Below the pieces are notes generated by a model, which searched no databases, had not been told where the DNA came from, and saw only the letters and a list, made by a program, of their open reading frames with translations. From Luteolibacter sp. (GTDB taxonomy: Bacteria; Verrucomicrobiota; Verrucomicrobiia; Verrucomicrobiales; Akkermansiaceae), in contig JBILAN010000006.1 of the NCBI GenBank assembly GCA_044354135.1, positions 1,887-65,886 on the forward strand: a stretch of 64,000 nt of DNA. Direction: 5' to 3'. The translations under genes and the position numbers were made by a program. Positions 27,803 through 37,368 of this stretch are shown piece after piece; within the stretch, counting starts at the first letter, position 1; each line of letters opens with the position of its first letter.

Positions 27803-28045
27803 CTAGGCAGCGTTACCAAGAAATCCACGAAGCTTTTCGAGAAGCTCCGATTCGGAAAGCTCAGGATAATCATTCTTTAGGCCAGCAAGACTGATGGCGC
27901 AGGCATAATCAAAAAGTTCGGCTCCAGCGAAAAAAAGCTCGTGGTCGCTCATTTGGTCTGCCTGCCTGATTTTTCGGGCGTAACATTCGGCAGCCTCTTG
28001 TCGAATCTGTTCTTCGGTGAGTTCCATGCTTTGGATGATACCCAA
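27803..28045 (-). CDS. Small helical protein, probable MenA1-like antitoxin (start may be 28027)
   Basis: ELF..A.ELFDYA..I.LAGLK..YPELSESEL..KLR, 3 bp upstream of the NTase. Confidence 0.6.
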   Translation of the reverse strand: MGIIQSMELTEEQIRQEAAECYARKIRQADQMSDHELFFAGAELFDYACAISLAGLKNDYPELSESELLEKLRGFLGNAA

Positions 28046-28093
28046 GAATGAGAAAACGGGAAGTTGGTTTTTTGGGGTGAATGGCCAAGAAAA

Positions 28094-28121
28094 AGGGATC
28101 GATCCCGGAAAGGACCGATCC
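28094..28121 (-). terminator. Probable intrinsic terminator of the bcsS-like gene
   Basis: GGGATCG...CGATCCC stem with an adjacent A-run (U-run on the minus strand). Confidence 0.45.
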
Positions 28122-28147
28122 CAAATAAGTGTTACTATTGAAACGAA

Positions 28148-28900
28148 TTAGAACGAGAAGCTCATGTGGATGCTGCTGTAAATGCCTTCTTGATCAGTGA
28201 TACCTTGTTTAGGATCAGCCCAAGAGTAGCCGACGCTGGCTCCTACATCAAACATGCCGAGCTTTAAGCCAAGGAGAGCGAGACCTGCACGAGTTTCTTC
28301 ATATTCTTCGTTGCCTTGAACGATCAGCTCTGGTCCGAGGAAGACCGGGCCAAGGTTTTTGGTGAATACTACACGATTCCAGTAGGAATCATAGGCAGTA
28401 GAGTAGGTGAAAGTGCCACCATATAGAAAGCTGGAGGCGTCTGTGTTCCAAATATCCAACTTGGGTTTGAAGCCAGTTTCACTACCATTGACCGAGTTAT
28501 TAGCAAGGTCGATAAGGTTTCCTGTGAGGTCATGATCGACGAGGTTGAGTGCACCGATAAGGGACACGCGGTGGCCAGAGATGAACCACTGATAACCAAT
28601 ACCGAGATCCAGTTCAGAGATTTCGCCCTCAACTCCACCTAACAAGGTGTCGTATTCGTATTCACCATAGCCAAGAAGGCCGTGCAAAATGAAGCCGTTG
28701 GTTGATTTATCGCCGTTAAGGCTGAAGTTTGCGCCACCGTAGGTATACCAAGCATCTTCGCGAGCATTCGCTCCTAAGAAAATATCACCTGCGGAACAGC
28801 CGGTGGAACAGGTAGGTTTAGGGGCGGGGGTAGTTGCTTCTCCAGCATGTAAGCCAAGAGTGAGAGCAGCTAAACAACTTGTCGTTACTGTTTTAATCAT
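28148..28900 (-). CDS. BcsS-family outer-membrane beta-barrel protein
   Basis: Signal peptide, GF.L..LLGYGEYEY, GPE..VQGNEEY, C-terminal Phe; lies downstream of a cellulose synthase-like gene. Confidence 0.6.
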   Translation of the reverse strand: MIKTVTTSCLAALTLGLHAGEATTPAPKPTCSTGCSAGDIFLGANAREDAWYTYGGANFSLNGDKSTNGFILHGLLGYGEYEYDTLLGGVEGEISELDLGIGYQWFISGHRVSLIGALNLVDHDLTGNLIDLANNSVNGSETGFKPKLDIWNTDASSFLYGGTFTYSTAYDSYWNRVVFTKNLGPVFLGPELIVQGNEEYEETRAGLALLGLKLGMFDVGASVGYSWADPKQGITDQEGIYSSIHMSFSF

Positions 28901-28981
28901 AGTGCCTATATATGAGAGAGTTTAAGGCGCAGCGTCAAATGAATATTCAACTTGGATCAACCCAAAATGATGCCCGCGCTA

Positions 28982-31231
28982 TCAAAGTGGGGCGCATGAT
29001 TCAGATATGACAGATACAGAAGATTTCCATCGAGTGCATCCGTCCAGTCCAAGCTTAGACCATCCTTGCTGCTCCAAGGGCTTCTCGACCAAAAAACGAG
29101 TCGTTTTACCATCATGTGAAATCAGTGATACCATTTCATGGATCGGATTTTCACCAAATCCAAGGAGTTGAGATGGCGGCTCATTTTTGCGAGCGCCGAC
29201 CAAGGCCAGTGACAAATGATTGTCATTTTGGTGTCGCATTAAAACTGGCGACCACTTCCATGGTTTTGGTCGAGATTTAAGGCGAAAGAATCTAGCGAAT
29301 TGTTCAATTAAGGTGGGGAAATAACCTTCACGCTCATGGATTTCGGCATGCCAATCTACAGAAAGCAAGGCGTCGCAGAGCTTATCGCGTTCAGCATTTC
29401 CGTCCCATTGGAAGTCAGCCGTATAGTTGGTCTTATTCACATGTGTGACAATGGCTTTCGACTTCAGAGGGCCTGCGGGAAGCCATAAAGAAAATGAAAT
29501 TTCCTCGCCAATAGAGGGAGGCTTTACGGGTTGATTGACCTTAAATTCCGTTTCAGAAATCCATTCTAATTTTGAAAGTTGCCCTTCGTCATCCTGAATG
29601 AGCAGTGGAATTTCAAAACGGTAATGCGGATGAGTATTTTTTGTGCGTTGGTAGGTATCGAACAGCCAGTAGGCGGATCTGGAGGCGTTGTAGATTAGCC
29701 AAAACGCAGAAATCAGGAGTAGATCCCATGAGTATCCTGGGGGTAAAATTTCCTGCCATGAGCTGATATGAAAGAACAACGGGTAATCGGCGTTGTTCAG
29801 CGTATTATGCCATGCTGCGACTAAGATGCCGCTGATTGGGCCGGTGGCATAGATCTCTGGTATTTTCATAAGCCCGAAAATCAACGCAGCAAGACTGATC
29901 AGCGTAAGCGCTAATTGAGGAGAAACTAGACGCCAGTCAAAAACACCATCGAGATTTTTTCTGGAGACCTTCCAAGAAAGTTTTCTGCCGAAGCACGCGC
30001 TCCAGGACACCATTTGCACGGGCATTCTCGCGATGGCAAAGAGTTGAGACGTCCAGTTGCGGCTCATTCCACAGCCTTGCTCGTCCTGAATAAAGATCAT
30101 GAGGATAGGCAGACCTAACACAATCATGGCATTGAGCGGAGTGACCTCGAAGGGTTGCCAGGCAAAAAACAACGATAGCACAGGCACCATGAAAATGAGC
30201 AATTGCTGCCAGCATTCCAAGTAGATGACGCCCAATTCCGTGTAGGAAAGCCGTTGTTTCAGGGTGAGGTTTTTGGATTTCCATGGTTTTTCTATCGCCA
30301 GAACCGAAAGGTTGCCATGAGCCCAGCGCTCCCGGGTGCGATAATAATCGGCCAGATCCGCTGGGGCGACCCCATACGCGATGGGCTCGTTGAAGTAGAC
30401 CGAGCGATAGCCTCTTTCGTGCATGAGTAGGGTGATATGCATATCTTCGGTAATTGTCTGCTCCGGAACTCCGCCAATTTCATCGATCGCGCTGCGGCGA
30501 TACATGACTCCCGTCCCGCAGCTTGTTGCGCAGTTGTTGGAGTCCTTGCAGCTCTGCACGACATTATAAAAGCGACTTTGATCATGCCAAAGCCTGCCTT
30601 TTCCATGGTGCATGTACTGAAGCCCATTGAGGTTATAATATTCCTGCGGAGTAATCACCAAGCCGACTTTTTCATCCTCGAAAAATCCAAGCAAGGCATC
30701 GATCGATTCTGCCTGCGCGATATGGTCCGCATCGAACACGAAGATGAAATCACCTTTGGCATATTTGAGAGCGTAATTCATGTTGCCGGCTTTCGCTCCT
30801 TTGTTATCCGGCCGACGGATGTAGGTGACTCCTAATTCCTTAGCGAGTGCTTCCAGCTCATCGCGCTTTCCATCGTCTAATACGTAGGTTGTGTGCGGAT
30901 AGCGGATTTTTTGTGCGGCCCGTATAGTCTGGCGAATCATCTCCACTGGTTCCTTGTAAACAGGGAGAAAAACATCCACTTTTTGATCGGGAAGTGGCGG
31001 CTTGGATTCCCGATGTCGATAATTCCAAGAGCTGCAAATCAGGGCAATGAGAAGTAAGAATGAGAGGACTTCACTTAAGTAGAAGAGCAGAGAGAAAATC
31101 CAATTATCTGAGAAAATAGTGACTCGCCAGCCGAGATAGACGGACATGATCAGGATGATGAAAACCGCAGATGTCTTGCGGAAAACTGCGCGCGATTTTA
31201 GTCTTTCATCGATTACTTTAGAGCGAGACAT
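28982..31231 (-). CDS. bcsA: Cellulose synthase-like GT2 catalytic subunit with degenerate PilZ-like region
   Basis: VDVFLPVYKE, LDDG, KAGNMN, DADH, TPQEYYN, ITED, RTRERW; TM helices. Start placed at ATG 31231. Confidence 0.8.
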   Translation of the reverse strand: MSRSKVIDERLKSRAVFRKTSAVFIILIMSVYLGWRVTIFSDNWIFSLLFYLSEVLSFLLLIALICSSWNYRHRESKPPLPDQKVDVFLPVYKEPVEMIRQTIRAAQKIRYPHTTYVLDDGKRDELEALAKELGVTYIRRPDNKGAKAGNMNYALKYAKGDFIFVFDADHIAQAESIDALLGFFEDEKVGLVITPQEYYNLNGLQYMHHGKGRLWHDQSRFYNVVQSCKDSNNCATSCGTGVMYRRSAIDEIGGVPEQTITEDMHITLLMHERGYRSVYFNEPIAYGVAPADLADYYRTRERWAHGNLSVLAIEKPWKSKNLTLKQRLSYTELGVIYLECWQQLLIFMVPVLSLFFAWQPFEVTPLNAMIVLGLPILMIFIQDEQGCGMSRNWTSQLFAIARMPVQMVSWSACFGRKLSWKVSRKNLDGVFDWRLVSPQLALTLISLAALIFGLMKIPEIYATGPISGILVAAWHNTLNNADYPLFFHISSWQEILPPGYSWDLLLISAFWLIYNASRSAYWLFDTYQRTKNTHPHYRFEIPLLIQDDEGQLSKLEWISETEFKVNQPVKPPSIGEEISFSLWLPAGPLKSKAIVTHVNKTNYTADFQWDGNAERDKLCDALLSVDWHAEIHEREGYFPTLIEQFARFFRLKSRPKPWKWSPVLMRHQNDNHLSLALVGARKNEPPSQLLGFGENPIHEMVSLISHDGKTTRFLVEKPLEQQGWSKLGLDGCTRWKSSVSVISESCAPL

Positions 31232-31497
31232 AGATGCGATTCTGAAACATGAGGATACCAGCGAGAAAATCACACCAGCGGCCGGCGCGAATGTGATCGT
31301 CCGTGAGCAAATGCTCAACCTCATTTCTTGGGGCCCTCTCGCCAAGCTCAAGTTCTTGAGGTCAGATCGCGAAAAAAGGGCGGGCGAAATGAATCGAGCC
31401 GCCCTTTTGAGTCAGAGCGCTTTCAATTCAACAGGCCTTTGAAGGAATTTCTCGATGTCCAAAGCAAGAACAGTGGCAGGATGGATTGGAGTTGGAG

Positions 31498-32214
31498 TTA
31501 CGCGAGATCGAAAAGAAGCGCCTCGGCATCTTCTGTGGCGGTGAAAACGATAGTGCCGGGTGTTTCGGAGCTGGCGGCATCGCCAGGGAGAAGCGTTGCG
31601 TCATCGGCAGTGAGTTTGCCTTTGATGAGTTGCAGCCACAGGCCGCGGTCGTTCGCGAGATCGTGGGAAACGCTTTCTCCCGGTTTCAGGCGAACTCGAT
31701 ACACATTCACATCCTGATGAATGGTTGCGGAATCTTCGCGTCCATCAGGTGAGATCACCAAAACTTTAGATTCGCTCTCCGAATCGGCAGATGGATGCCA
31801 TTCGGTATAGGATGGTTGCAAGCGATTCACGTTCGGCTGGATCCAAATTTGCAAGAGGTGCAGCGGCTCGGTGCGTGATGGATTGAATTCCGAGTGGGTG
31901 ACTCCGGTGCCGGCGCTCATGAGTTGGATCTGTCCGGGTTGCAACTCGCGACCATTTCCCATGCTGTCTTTGTGGGCGATGGTTCCGGAAGCAACGTAGC
32001 TAAAAATTTCCATTTCCCGATGCGGGTGGGTGGGGAAACCCGCGCCCGGGGCGACGATGTCCTGATTAATGACCCGCAGGCAGCGGAAGCCCATGTGGGC
32101 GGGATCGTAGTAATCAGCGAAGCTGAAGGTGTGATAGCTATCCAGCCAACCGTGATTGGCGTGGCCGCGTTCGGAAGATCGTCGGATGGTGAGTTCGAAT
32201 GATTTCTGCATCAT
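31498..32214 (-). CDS. Pirin family protein
   Basis: RG..NHGWLDSYHTFSFADY, GFPTHPHREMEI, HKDSMGN, AGTGVTHSE, LLQIWI. Confidence 0.93.
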   Translation of the reverse strand: MMQKSFELTIRRSSERGHANHGWLDSYHTFSFADYYDPAHMGFRCLRVINQDIVAPGAGFPTHPHREMEIFSYVASGTIAHKDSMGNGRELQPGQIQLMSAGTGVTHSEFNPSRTEPLHLLQIWIQPNVNRLQPSYTEWHPSADSESESKVLVISPDGREDSATIHQDVNVYRVRLKPGESVSHDLANDRGLWLQLIKGKLTADDATLLPGDAASSETPGTIVFTATEDAEALLFDLA

Positions 32215-32270
32215 AACATTATAACCATGCCATGTTATACCGTTTCTCGAATCGAAAATTCTTAATAAAA

Positions 32271-33563
32271 TCAATGACCGTCCCACTGTGCATTTTGAAT
32301 CGTCATCAGGCGCTTCACTTCATCGGGTTTCTGGCCGGCGAGGTTGGTTTTTTCCAAGGGATCGGCTTTGAGATCGTAGAGTTCGATTTCTTTGGGGATG
32401 GTATGGAAGGGTCTTGTCGGTTTGGCGGGGCCTGGGATGATGAGTTTTGAGAAACCATTGATCACCACACGAGCATACAAGCTTTTCCCGGGTTGTTTGA
32501 GATCCGCGATGTCGTGGCAATATGACTCTACGAAAATGGATTTGCGTTTTGTCATTGCATCTCGATCTAACAGGTCAGTTCCTGTGATGTCGGCAGGAGC
32601 TTTAATGTTGGCGATTTTAAGAATGGACGCTGGAAAATCGGTGACGTGGGCGAGGGTTTCTTCATCGCGGTGGGGTTTCACTTTTCCCGGCCAGCGGACA
32701 AACATGGGAGTGCGGATTCCTATTTCATAGGGGGTCATTTTTGCGCGTCCTCCGTTGTAGCCTTCTGAGGCATTCCATCCGTTATCAGCGAGGTAGAGAA
32801 TGACGGTGTTTTTCTTTAGGTCATTTTTAGTGAGATAGTCATCAAGTTCGCCGCAGGTGTTGTCGAACCATTCGACCATGGCGTAGTATTTCTCTGCTGC
32901 GGGAGTCAGGCCTTTGTCTTTGTATTTCTGCAAAATTTCCTGCGGTGGGGTGTGCGGATCATGTGGCATGAGCGGCGCGTGCCAGATGAAGAAAGGTTTC
33001 TTTTCTTTGTTAGATGTTTCTATGAAATCGTAGATCGGCTGCATGCCTTTTCGGCCAATGGTTAAGCCGTCGCCGCCATGTCGGCCTTGTTTGCCAGTCA
33101 TGCCATGGGTGAAGCCGACGTCTTTGAAAGTAGCGTTCCAGAGTTTGCCGGTTTGAAAGGTGAGATAGCCGGAGTCGGTCAGGGCTTTCGGGAGCATAAG
33201 CGAGTTGCTTAGCAACTGATCCATGAGGGGTTTTCGGTTTTGTTTTCCTCCAGTAAATTGCGGAGCATCCGGTGCTAGATCATTCCCTGTGATGCCGTGT
33301 TTGCGCGGTATCTTTCCTGTTAGCAAACACGCAAGTGATGGTGAACAAACCGGCATCACGTAACCCCGAGTATAAACTAGGCTCTCTGAGGCAATTTTAT
33401 CGAGATGCGGAGTTTTTGCAGTTTCGCTTCCCATGAAGCTGTAGTCGTTGTATGCCTGATCATCGGAAATGATCAGAATGATGTTTGGTCTATCAGCGGT
33501 GGATTCAGCAAGACCGATGGTGCAGGTGAAAATGAGTGTAAGGATAGTGCAAAAAGTTTTCAT
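32271..33563 (-). CDS. Sulfatase (S1 family), CSPSL active-site variant
   Basis: Signal peptide, RPNIILIISDDQ, VCSPSLACLLTG, GKLW, ADNGW, ELYDLKADP.E. Confidence 0.88.
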   Translation of the reverse strand: MKTFCTILTLIFTCTIGLAESTADRPNIILIISDDQAYNDYSFMGSETAKTPHLDKIASESLVYTRGYVMPVCSPSLACLLTGKIPRKHGITGNDLAPDAPQFTGGKQNRKPLMDQLLSNSLMLPKALTDSGYLTFQTGKLWNATFKDVGFTHGMTGKQGRHGGDGLTIGRKGMQPIYDFIETSNKEKKPFFIWHAPLMPHDPHTPPQEILQKYKDKGLTPAAEKYYAMVEWFDNTCGELDDYLTKNDLKKNTVILYLADNGWNASEGYNGGRAKMTPYEIGIRTPMFVRWPGKVKPHRDEETLAHVTDFPASILKIANIKAPADITGTDLLDRDAMTKRKSIFVESYCHDIADLKQPGKSLYARVVINGFSKLIIPGPAKPTRPFHTIPKEIELYDLKADPLEKTNLAGQKPDEVKRLMTIQNAQWDGH

Positions 33564-33591
33564 AGATTGATAACTGCTTGAATTGAAATGC

Positions 33592-33780
33592 TTAGGTTTC
33601 AATTAATTCCGCACCTTTGATGAGGCGGCAGAATTCTTTCTTGGTGACATCGTGGAAGGTGCCTTCTTCGGCATCTTGGCTCTGGGTCAGTTTGTAACGG
33701 ATCGCGAGGCGTTCCCAGACGACGATGCGGAGATATTGGTCACCTTTTTTCCAGAGTTGGTTTTGCGCGAGTTGGATCAT
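33592..33780 (-). CDS. Small hypothetical protein, translationally coupled to ispD
   Basis: ATGA overlap with the ispD stop; globular-looking sequence NQLWK.GD.YLRIV...TKKEFCRLIKGA. Confidence 0.6.
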   Translation of the reverse strand: MIQLAQNQLWKKGDQYLRIVVWERLAIRYKLTQSQDAEEGTFHDVTKKEFCRLIKGAELIET

Positions 33781-34478
33781 GTTGAGATGGTTGCTAGATC
33801 TGCAGGGGTGGTGATTTTTGGATTAGGTGAGGTGGAGGCGACGAGCTGGGTTTTTACGGAGATAGCCTCAAGTGCGGACGTTTCATCGGTGACGGAGAGG
33901 TTTTCTTTGAGCACGTGCTCGTAGGCCGAGCGGATGAGATCCGTGCGGAAGATTTGGGGAGTTTCGATGAACCAGAGATTTTCACGAGACACGGGGGATA
34001 GTGTGAAACCATCGTTATCGGAACGTTTTAATGTCTCGGTCACACGGCGGGCGAGTGATGCAGCGCCATGAGTTTTTGCCGCTGCGATGGTGGCGAGGAT
34101 ATCAGCTTGAGAAACGAGCGGACGTGCGGCGTCGTGCACGGCGATAAGTTTTGCGGTTGGAGAAACGGCAGCGAGGCCGTTGGCGACGGAGAGGTAACGC
34201 TCGGCGCCGCCGTCGATGCGGCGGACAGGTTTGGTGAAGGTTGCTTGATCTAACAGCTCAAATCGCTCTAGTGGGCAGATGACTAGTATTTCGGTAATTT
34301 CATCACACGCTAAAAGCACATCGAGCGTATGTTGGATGACAGGTTTGCCATTGAGTAAAGCAGCGAGCTTGTCGAATCCCATGCGCTTGCTGCTGCCGGC
34401 GGCGACGATGATGGCTGTAATTTCTTGTTTCAAGATGAGAATGCTTTGATTGAAGCGGAAAGAAGCACTTAGCGCCAA
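33777..34478 (-). CDS. ispD: 2-C-methyl-D-erythritol 4-phosphate cytidylyltransferase (true start probably ~34432-34440)
   Basis: AIIVAAGSSKRMG.DK, GGAERYLSVANGL, VHDAARP, ETPQIF, TDE, NPKITTPADL. Confidence 0.93.
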   Translation of the reverse strand: MALSASFRFNQSILILKQEITAIIVAAGSSKRMGFDKLAALLNGKPVIQHTLDVLLACDEITEILVICPLERFELLDQATFTKPVRRIDGGAERYLSVANGLAAVSPTAKLIAVHDAARPLVSQADILATIAAAKTHGAASLARRVTETLKRSDNDGFTLSPVSRENLWFIETPQIFRTDLIRSAYEHVLKENLSVTDETSALEAISVKTQLVASTSPNPKITTPADLATIST

Positions 34479-34482
34479 AGAA

Positions 34483-34515
34483 AAAAGCCTCGCCCGTTTG
34501 CAGAGAGAGGCTTTT
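34483..34515 (-). terminator. Possible intrinsic terminator downstream of trxA
   Basis: AAAAGCCTC...GAGGCTTTT stem with an A-run on the left side. Confidence 0.45.
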
Positions 34516-34535
34516 GGTTTGTTTAGAAATTAGGA

Positions 34536-34856
34536 TTAAGCGAGAGCTAGCAATTTGGCTTTGAGCATGTCTTTGGTGACGTTCGCACCAACGATTTGGT
34601 CCTTTACTTCGCCGTTTTTGAAGAACAACAGGAGTGGAATGGATTTTACGTTGTATTTCACCGCAAGGTTACGTGCTACGTCGACATTGACTTTAGTGAT
34701 CTTTGCTTGACCTTCGATTTCACCTGAGAGTTGGTCGAGGACAGGGCCGATCATTTTGCAGGGACCGCACCATTCGGCCCAGAAGTCGACAAGTACAGGG
34801 AGATCGGAATCGATCACTTCGGATTGGAAATTATCTTCGGTAAGGTTGAGTGCCAT
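34536..34856 (-). CDS. trxA: Thioredoxin
   Basis: VLVDFWAEWCGPCK, KVNVD, SIPLLLFFKNG. Start placed at ATG 34856. Confidence 0.96.
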   Translation of the reverse strand: MALNLTEDNFQSEVIDSDLPVLVDFWAEWCGPCKMIGPVLDQLSGEIEGQAKITKVNVDVARNLAVKYNVKSIPLLLFFKNGEVKDQIVGANVTKDMLKAKLLALA

Positions 34857-35009
34857 GCGAAGAACATGGAACCCGATAAACCTTTCGTCAAGGTCACGGA
34901 GCAAAAACTGGAGCGGGATCAGGAATATTCGCGCCAATCCAAATGAGATAAGCCAAGCCGGAAGCGGCCAAGGTGTTGAGAATTCCAAGAATCATATCGT
35001 GTGTAGGGT

Positions 35010-36086
35010 TTAATTAACTTCTTCTAAAATGGACATCCATTCGCCTTTCATTTCGAAATCTTCATCGTTAATCCAGATACCAGCCATGGAGAGTTGCAGA
35101 TAAAGAAGGACACATGCTGCTAAAAATCCGACACCGGCGAGGATCTTGGCAAATGTTGATGCACCTGTCTCATCTATCTCTTGCTCAGCTGCAGTTAAGG
35201 TTGGGCTACGGACGGTTTTTGCTGCTGCACTGGATGGAGTCAAAGGCGTGGTGGGTTTGCCTATGCCGCCACCGAGCGGTTTGGTGGCAGCGCTCAAGGG
35301 TGATAGCGGCTGAGTTGGAGGATTGAGTGAAACCGTTGCTTTTGGTAGGGCTCCTGTTTTAAGGGGCGATCCAGCAGGTGCTGTTGGAGTGAGAGATCCA
35401 AGCGGTGTGTTGGCGGTTTTGAGAGGGATGGTTGGAGCTCCGATTGGGGAATTTGTTGTCGCCAACTTCATAGTGGGTGTTCCAGTCGGAGTTGGAACAA
35501 GTGGCTTCGTTGTTGTGCCTGAGAGAGGGATGGTTGGAGCTCCAGCAGCTGTGACTGGCTTGTGGATTGCGGCGGCGGTTGGCGTTAGCGGGATGGTTGG
35601 GGTACCGGTTGGAGCAAGCGATTTGATTGGAACTCCTGGAGGCGCTCCGCCTGGACCTGCGGTTTTAATGGGTATGGTCGGTGCTGGAACAGGAGCTTTT
35701 GGTGCTGGTGGAGCGCCGGGCGCAGTGACTGGCGCTTTTGGCGGGCCAGCAATAGGTGCTGTTGTAGCGGCTGTAATAGGGGGACGCGGAGGGCTAGCCA
35801 GGGGCGTTGCTACTGGGATTGGGGTAGTGGGGGGCGGAGTTACGGATTGAGCCAACTGAGCGGTAGGAAGGGGTGTGAGTGGGGCTACAACTGGTTGAAG
35901 GGGAACGGTGGGTCTTTGCGCCGGTGCAGGAGTTAAGCGGATGGGGGTCATATCCGTTGGAGGCAAGGAAGCAGCTGGTACGGCTGGCGGTGCGTCAGCA
36001 GCTTTGAGCGTAACGCGAACGGTTTCTTTTTTCAAAGGAACGCTCGAGGTAATTTTGGAAATAGGATTATTTTCGTTTTCGCTCAT
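35010..36086 (-). CDS. Pro/Thr/Ala-rich disordered protein with a single C-terminal TM helix
   Basis: KKETVRVTL N-terminal motif, repeated PTIP(L/I) elements, TM LAGVGFLAACVLLYLQL. Confidence 0.7.
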   Translation of the reverse strand: MSENENNPISKITSSVPLKKETVRVTLKAADAPPAVPAASLPPTDMTPIRLTPAPAQRPTVPLQPVVAPLTPLPTAQLAQSVTPPPTTPIPVATPLASPPRPPITAATTAPIAGPPKAPVTAPGAPPAPKAPVPAPTIPIKTAGPGGAPPGVPIKSLAPTGTPTIPLTPTAAAIHKPVTAAGAPTIPLSGTTTKPLVPTPTGTPTMKLATTNSPIGAPTIPLKTANTPLGSLTPTAPAGSPLKTGALPKATVSLNPPTQPLSPLSAATKPLGGGIGKPTTPLTPSSAAAKTVRSPTLTAAEQEIDETGASTFAKILAGVGFLAACVLLYLQLSMAGIWINDEDFEMKGEWMSILEEVN

Positions 36087-36187
36087 GCGGAGTGGTTTTG
36101 TATTAAGAAAAAAAGCAATTTGAGGCGGCAGTGTCAAACACGCATCTTTAAAAAATTCGGGGCGATTTCGGCTCTATCCTGTGCTTT

Positions 36188-37324
36188 TTAAAGAAACGTG
36201 CGTTGATAGATCCAAAAGAGCCCGGCGAGAGCAATGCAGATTGAGCCGATTTTTTGGATTTGTGGAGTCCAAGACTTTAAGGGGATGAGGATGAGAAAAG
36301 CGCAAATTAACAGCAATATCTGTGCGATTTCGACTCCGATGTTGAATGAAGCCAAGGGGAGAGTGAGATCTTTTCCCTTTATACCATGGAGCTTTTCTTC
36401 GAGAACCTTGGCAAATCCCATGCCATGGACCAGACCGAAGCCAAACACTAGGTAGAGTCGTGATGGATTGAGTTTTTTGACGAAGAGATTTTCGATTCCT
36501 ATCCATGCGATGCTGACAGCGATGAGGATTTCGATCCATTGGGTTGGCAGGCTGATTAGTCCAAGGATGACCAAGCTGAGGGTTATTGAGTGAGCGAGGG
36601 TGAAGAGGAGGGATTGGCCGAGCAGGGGTTTCCAGCGCGGAGCCAGCAAGAAGAGGCCAAGTATGAAAAGGATATGATCGAATCCGAAGGGTATGACATG
36701 CAGGAAACCAGAAACTAGCCAACTTTCCGCCTGAGTTTTTTTGGAAGGTAAAGTGGAGGCGGTTTTTTTGAATGGTTCGGCAGCATCTATTTTGAGAAGT
36801 GTGTTAGACATCCCTGAAAAAACGCTGAGGGTTCCAAATGTATCACCCACGGTTGTGTCGAGAATGAGTTCGGAATTCAGATTGTCTTGCCAGAAAACTT
36901 CGAGTTTCCCTGGGCCAGGTTGGACATCGACTTCAATGACGGCGTTCATGAGTGCCCAGCCACCAGTTTCTTCGGGAAGCACGAGAGGTTGCTTTTCGAA
37001 ATCAGGAAATGTAATTTTCCAATTTAATGGTTTGCCATTGAATTTGAGAACGAGGAGTTGCCGCATGGTGCTCTCGGTCGTTGCTGTGTAGCGATCCTGA
37101 GTTGCCTTGGATGCGGCCATGACATCTTTCCGAAAAAGTGGCGGTGCATCGGCTACGCCACGTGACTCGGGTAACATGTAAGCGATGTCAAGTAAGCCCT
37201 TTAATATCCATTTCTCTTCGCTTTGTTTGAATTTGAATTCAACCGAATCTACCTGATGAGCGAATGCTTGAGAAAAGGATGCGAGGCACGTTAAGGCATA
37301 AAAAACGTTACGTAGAAATTTCAT
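36188..37324 (-). CDS. HupE/UreJ family protein
   Basis: GFLHVIPFGFDHILFI, FTLAHSITL, EILIAVSI, FGLVHGMGFA, FNIGVE..Q. Confidence 0.88.
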   Translation of the reverse strand: MKFLRNVFYALTCLASFSQAFAHQVDSVEFKFKQSEEKWILKGLLDIAYMLPESRGVADAPPLFRKDVMAASKATQDRYTATTESTMRQLLVLKFNGKPLNWKITFPDFEKQPLVLPEETGGWALMNAVIEVDVQPGPGKLEVFWQDNLNSELILDTTVGDTFGTLSVFSGMSNTLLKIDAAEPFKKTASTLPSKKTQAESWLVSGFLHVIPFGFDHILFILGLFLLAPRWKPLLGQSLLFTLAHSITLSLVILGLISLPTQWIEILIAVSIAWIGIENLFVKKLNPSRLYLVFGFGLVHGMGFAKVLEEKLHGIKGKDLTLPLASFNIGVEIAQILLLICAFLILIPLKSWTPQIQKIGSICIALAGLFWIYQRTFL

Positions 37325-37368
37325 GTAATGGAGGCGAGACGGATAGCCATAGGCTGTATGTTGGGAGC

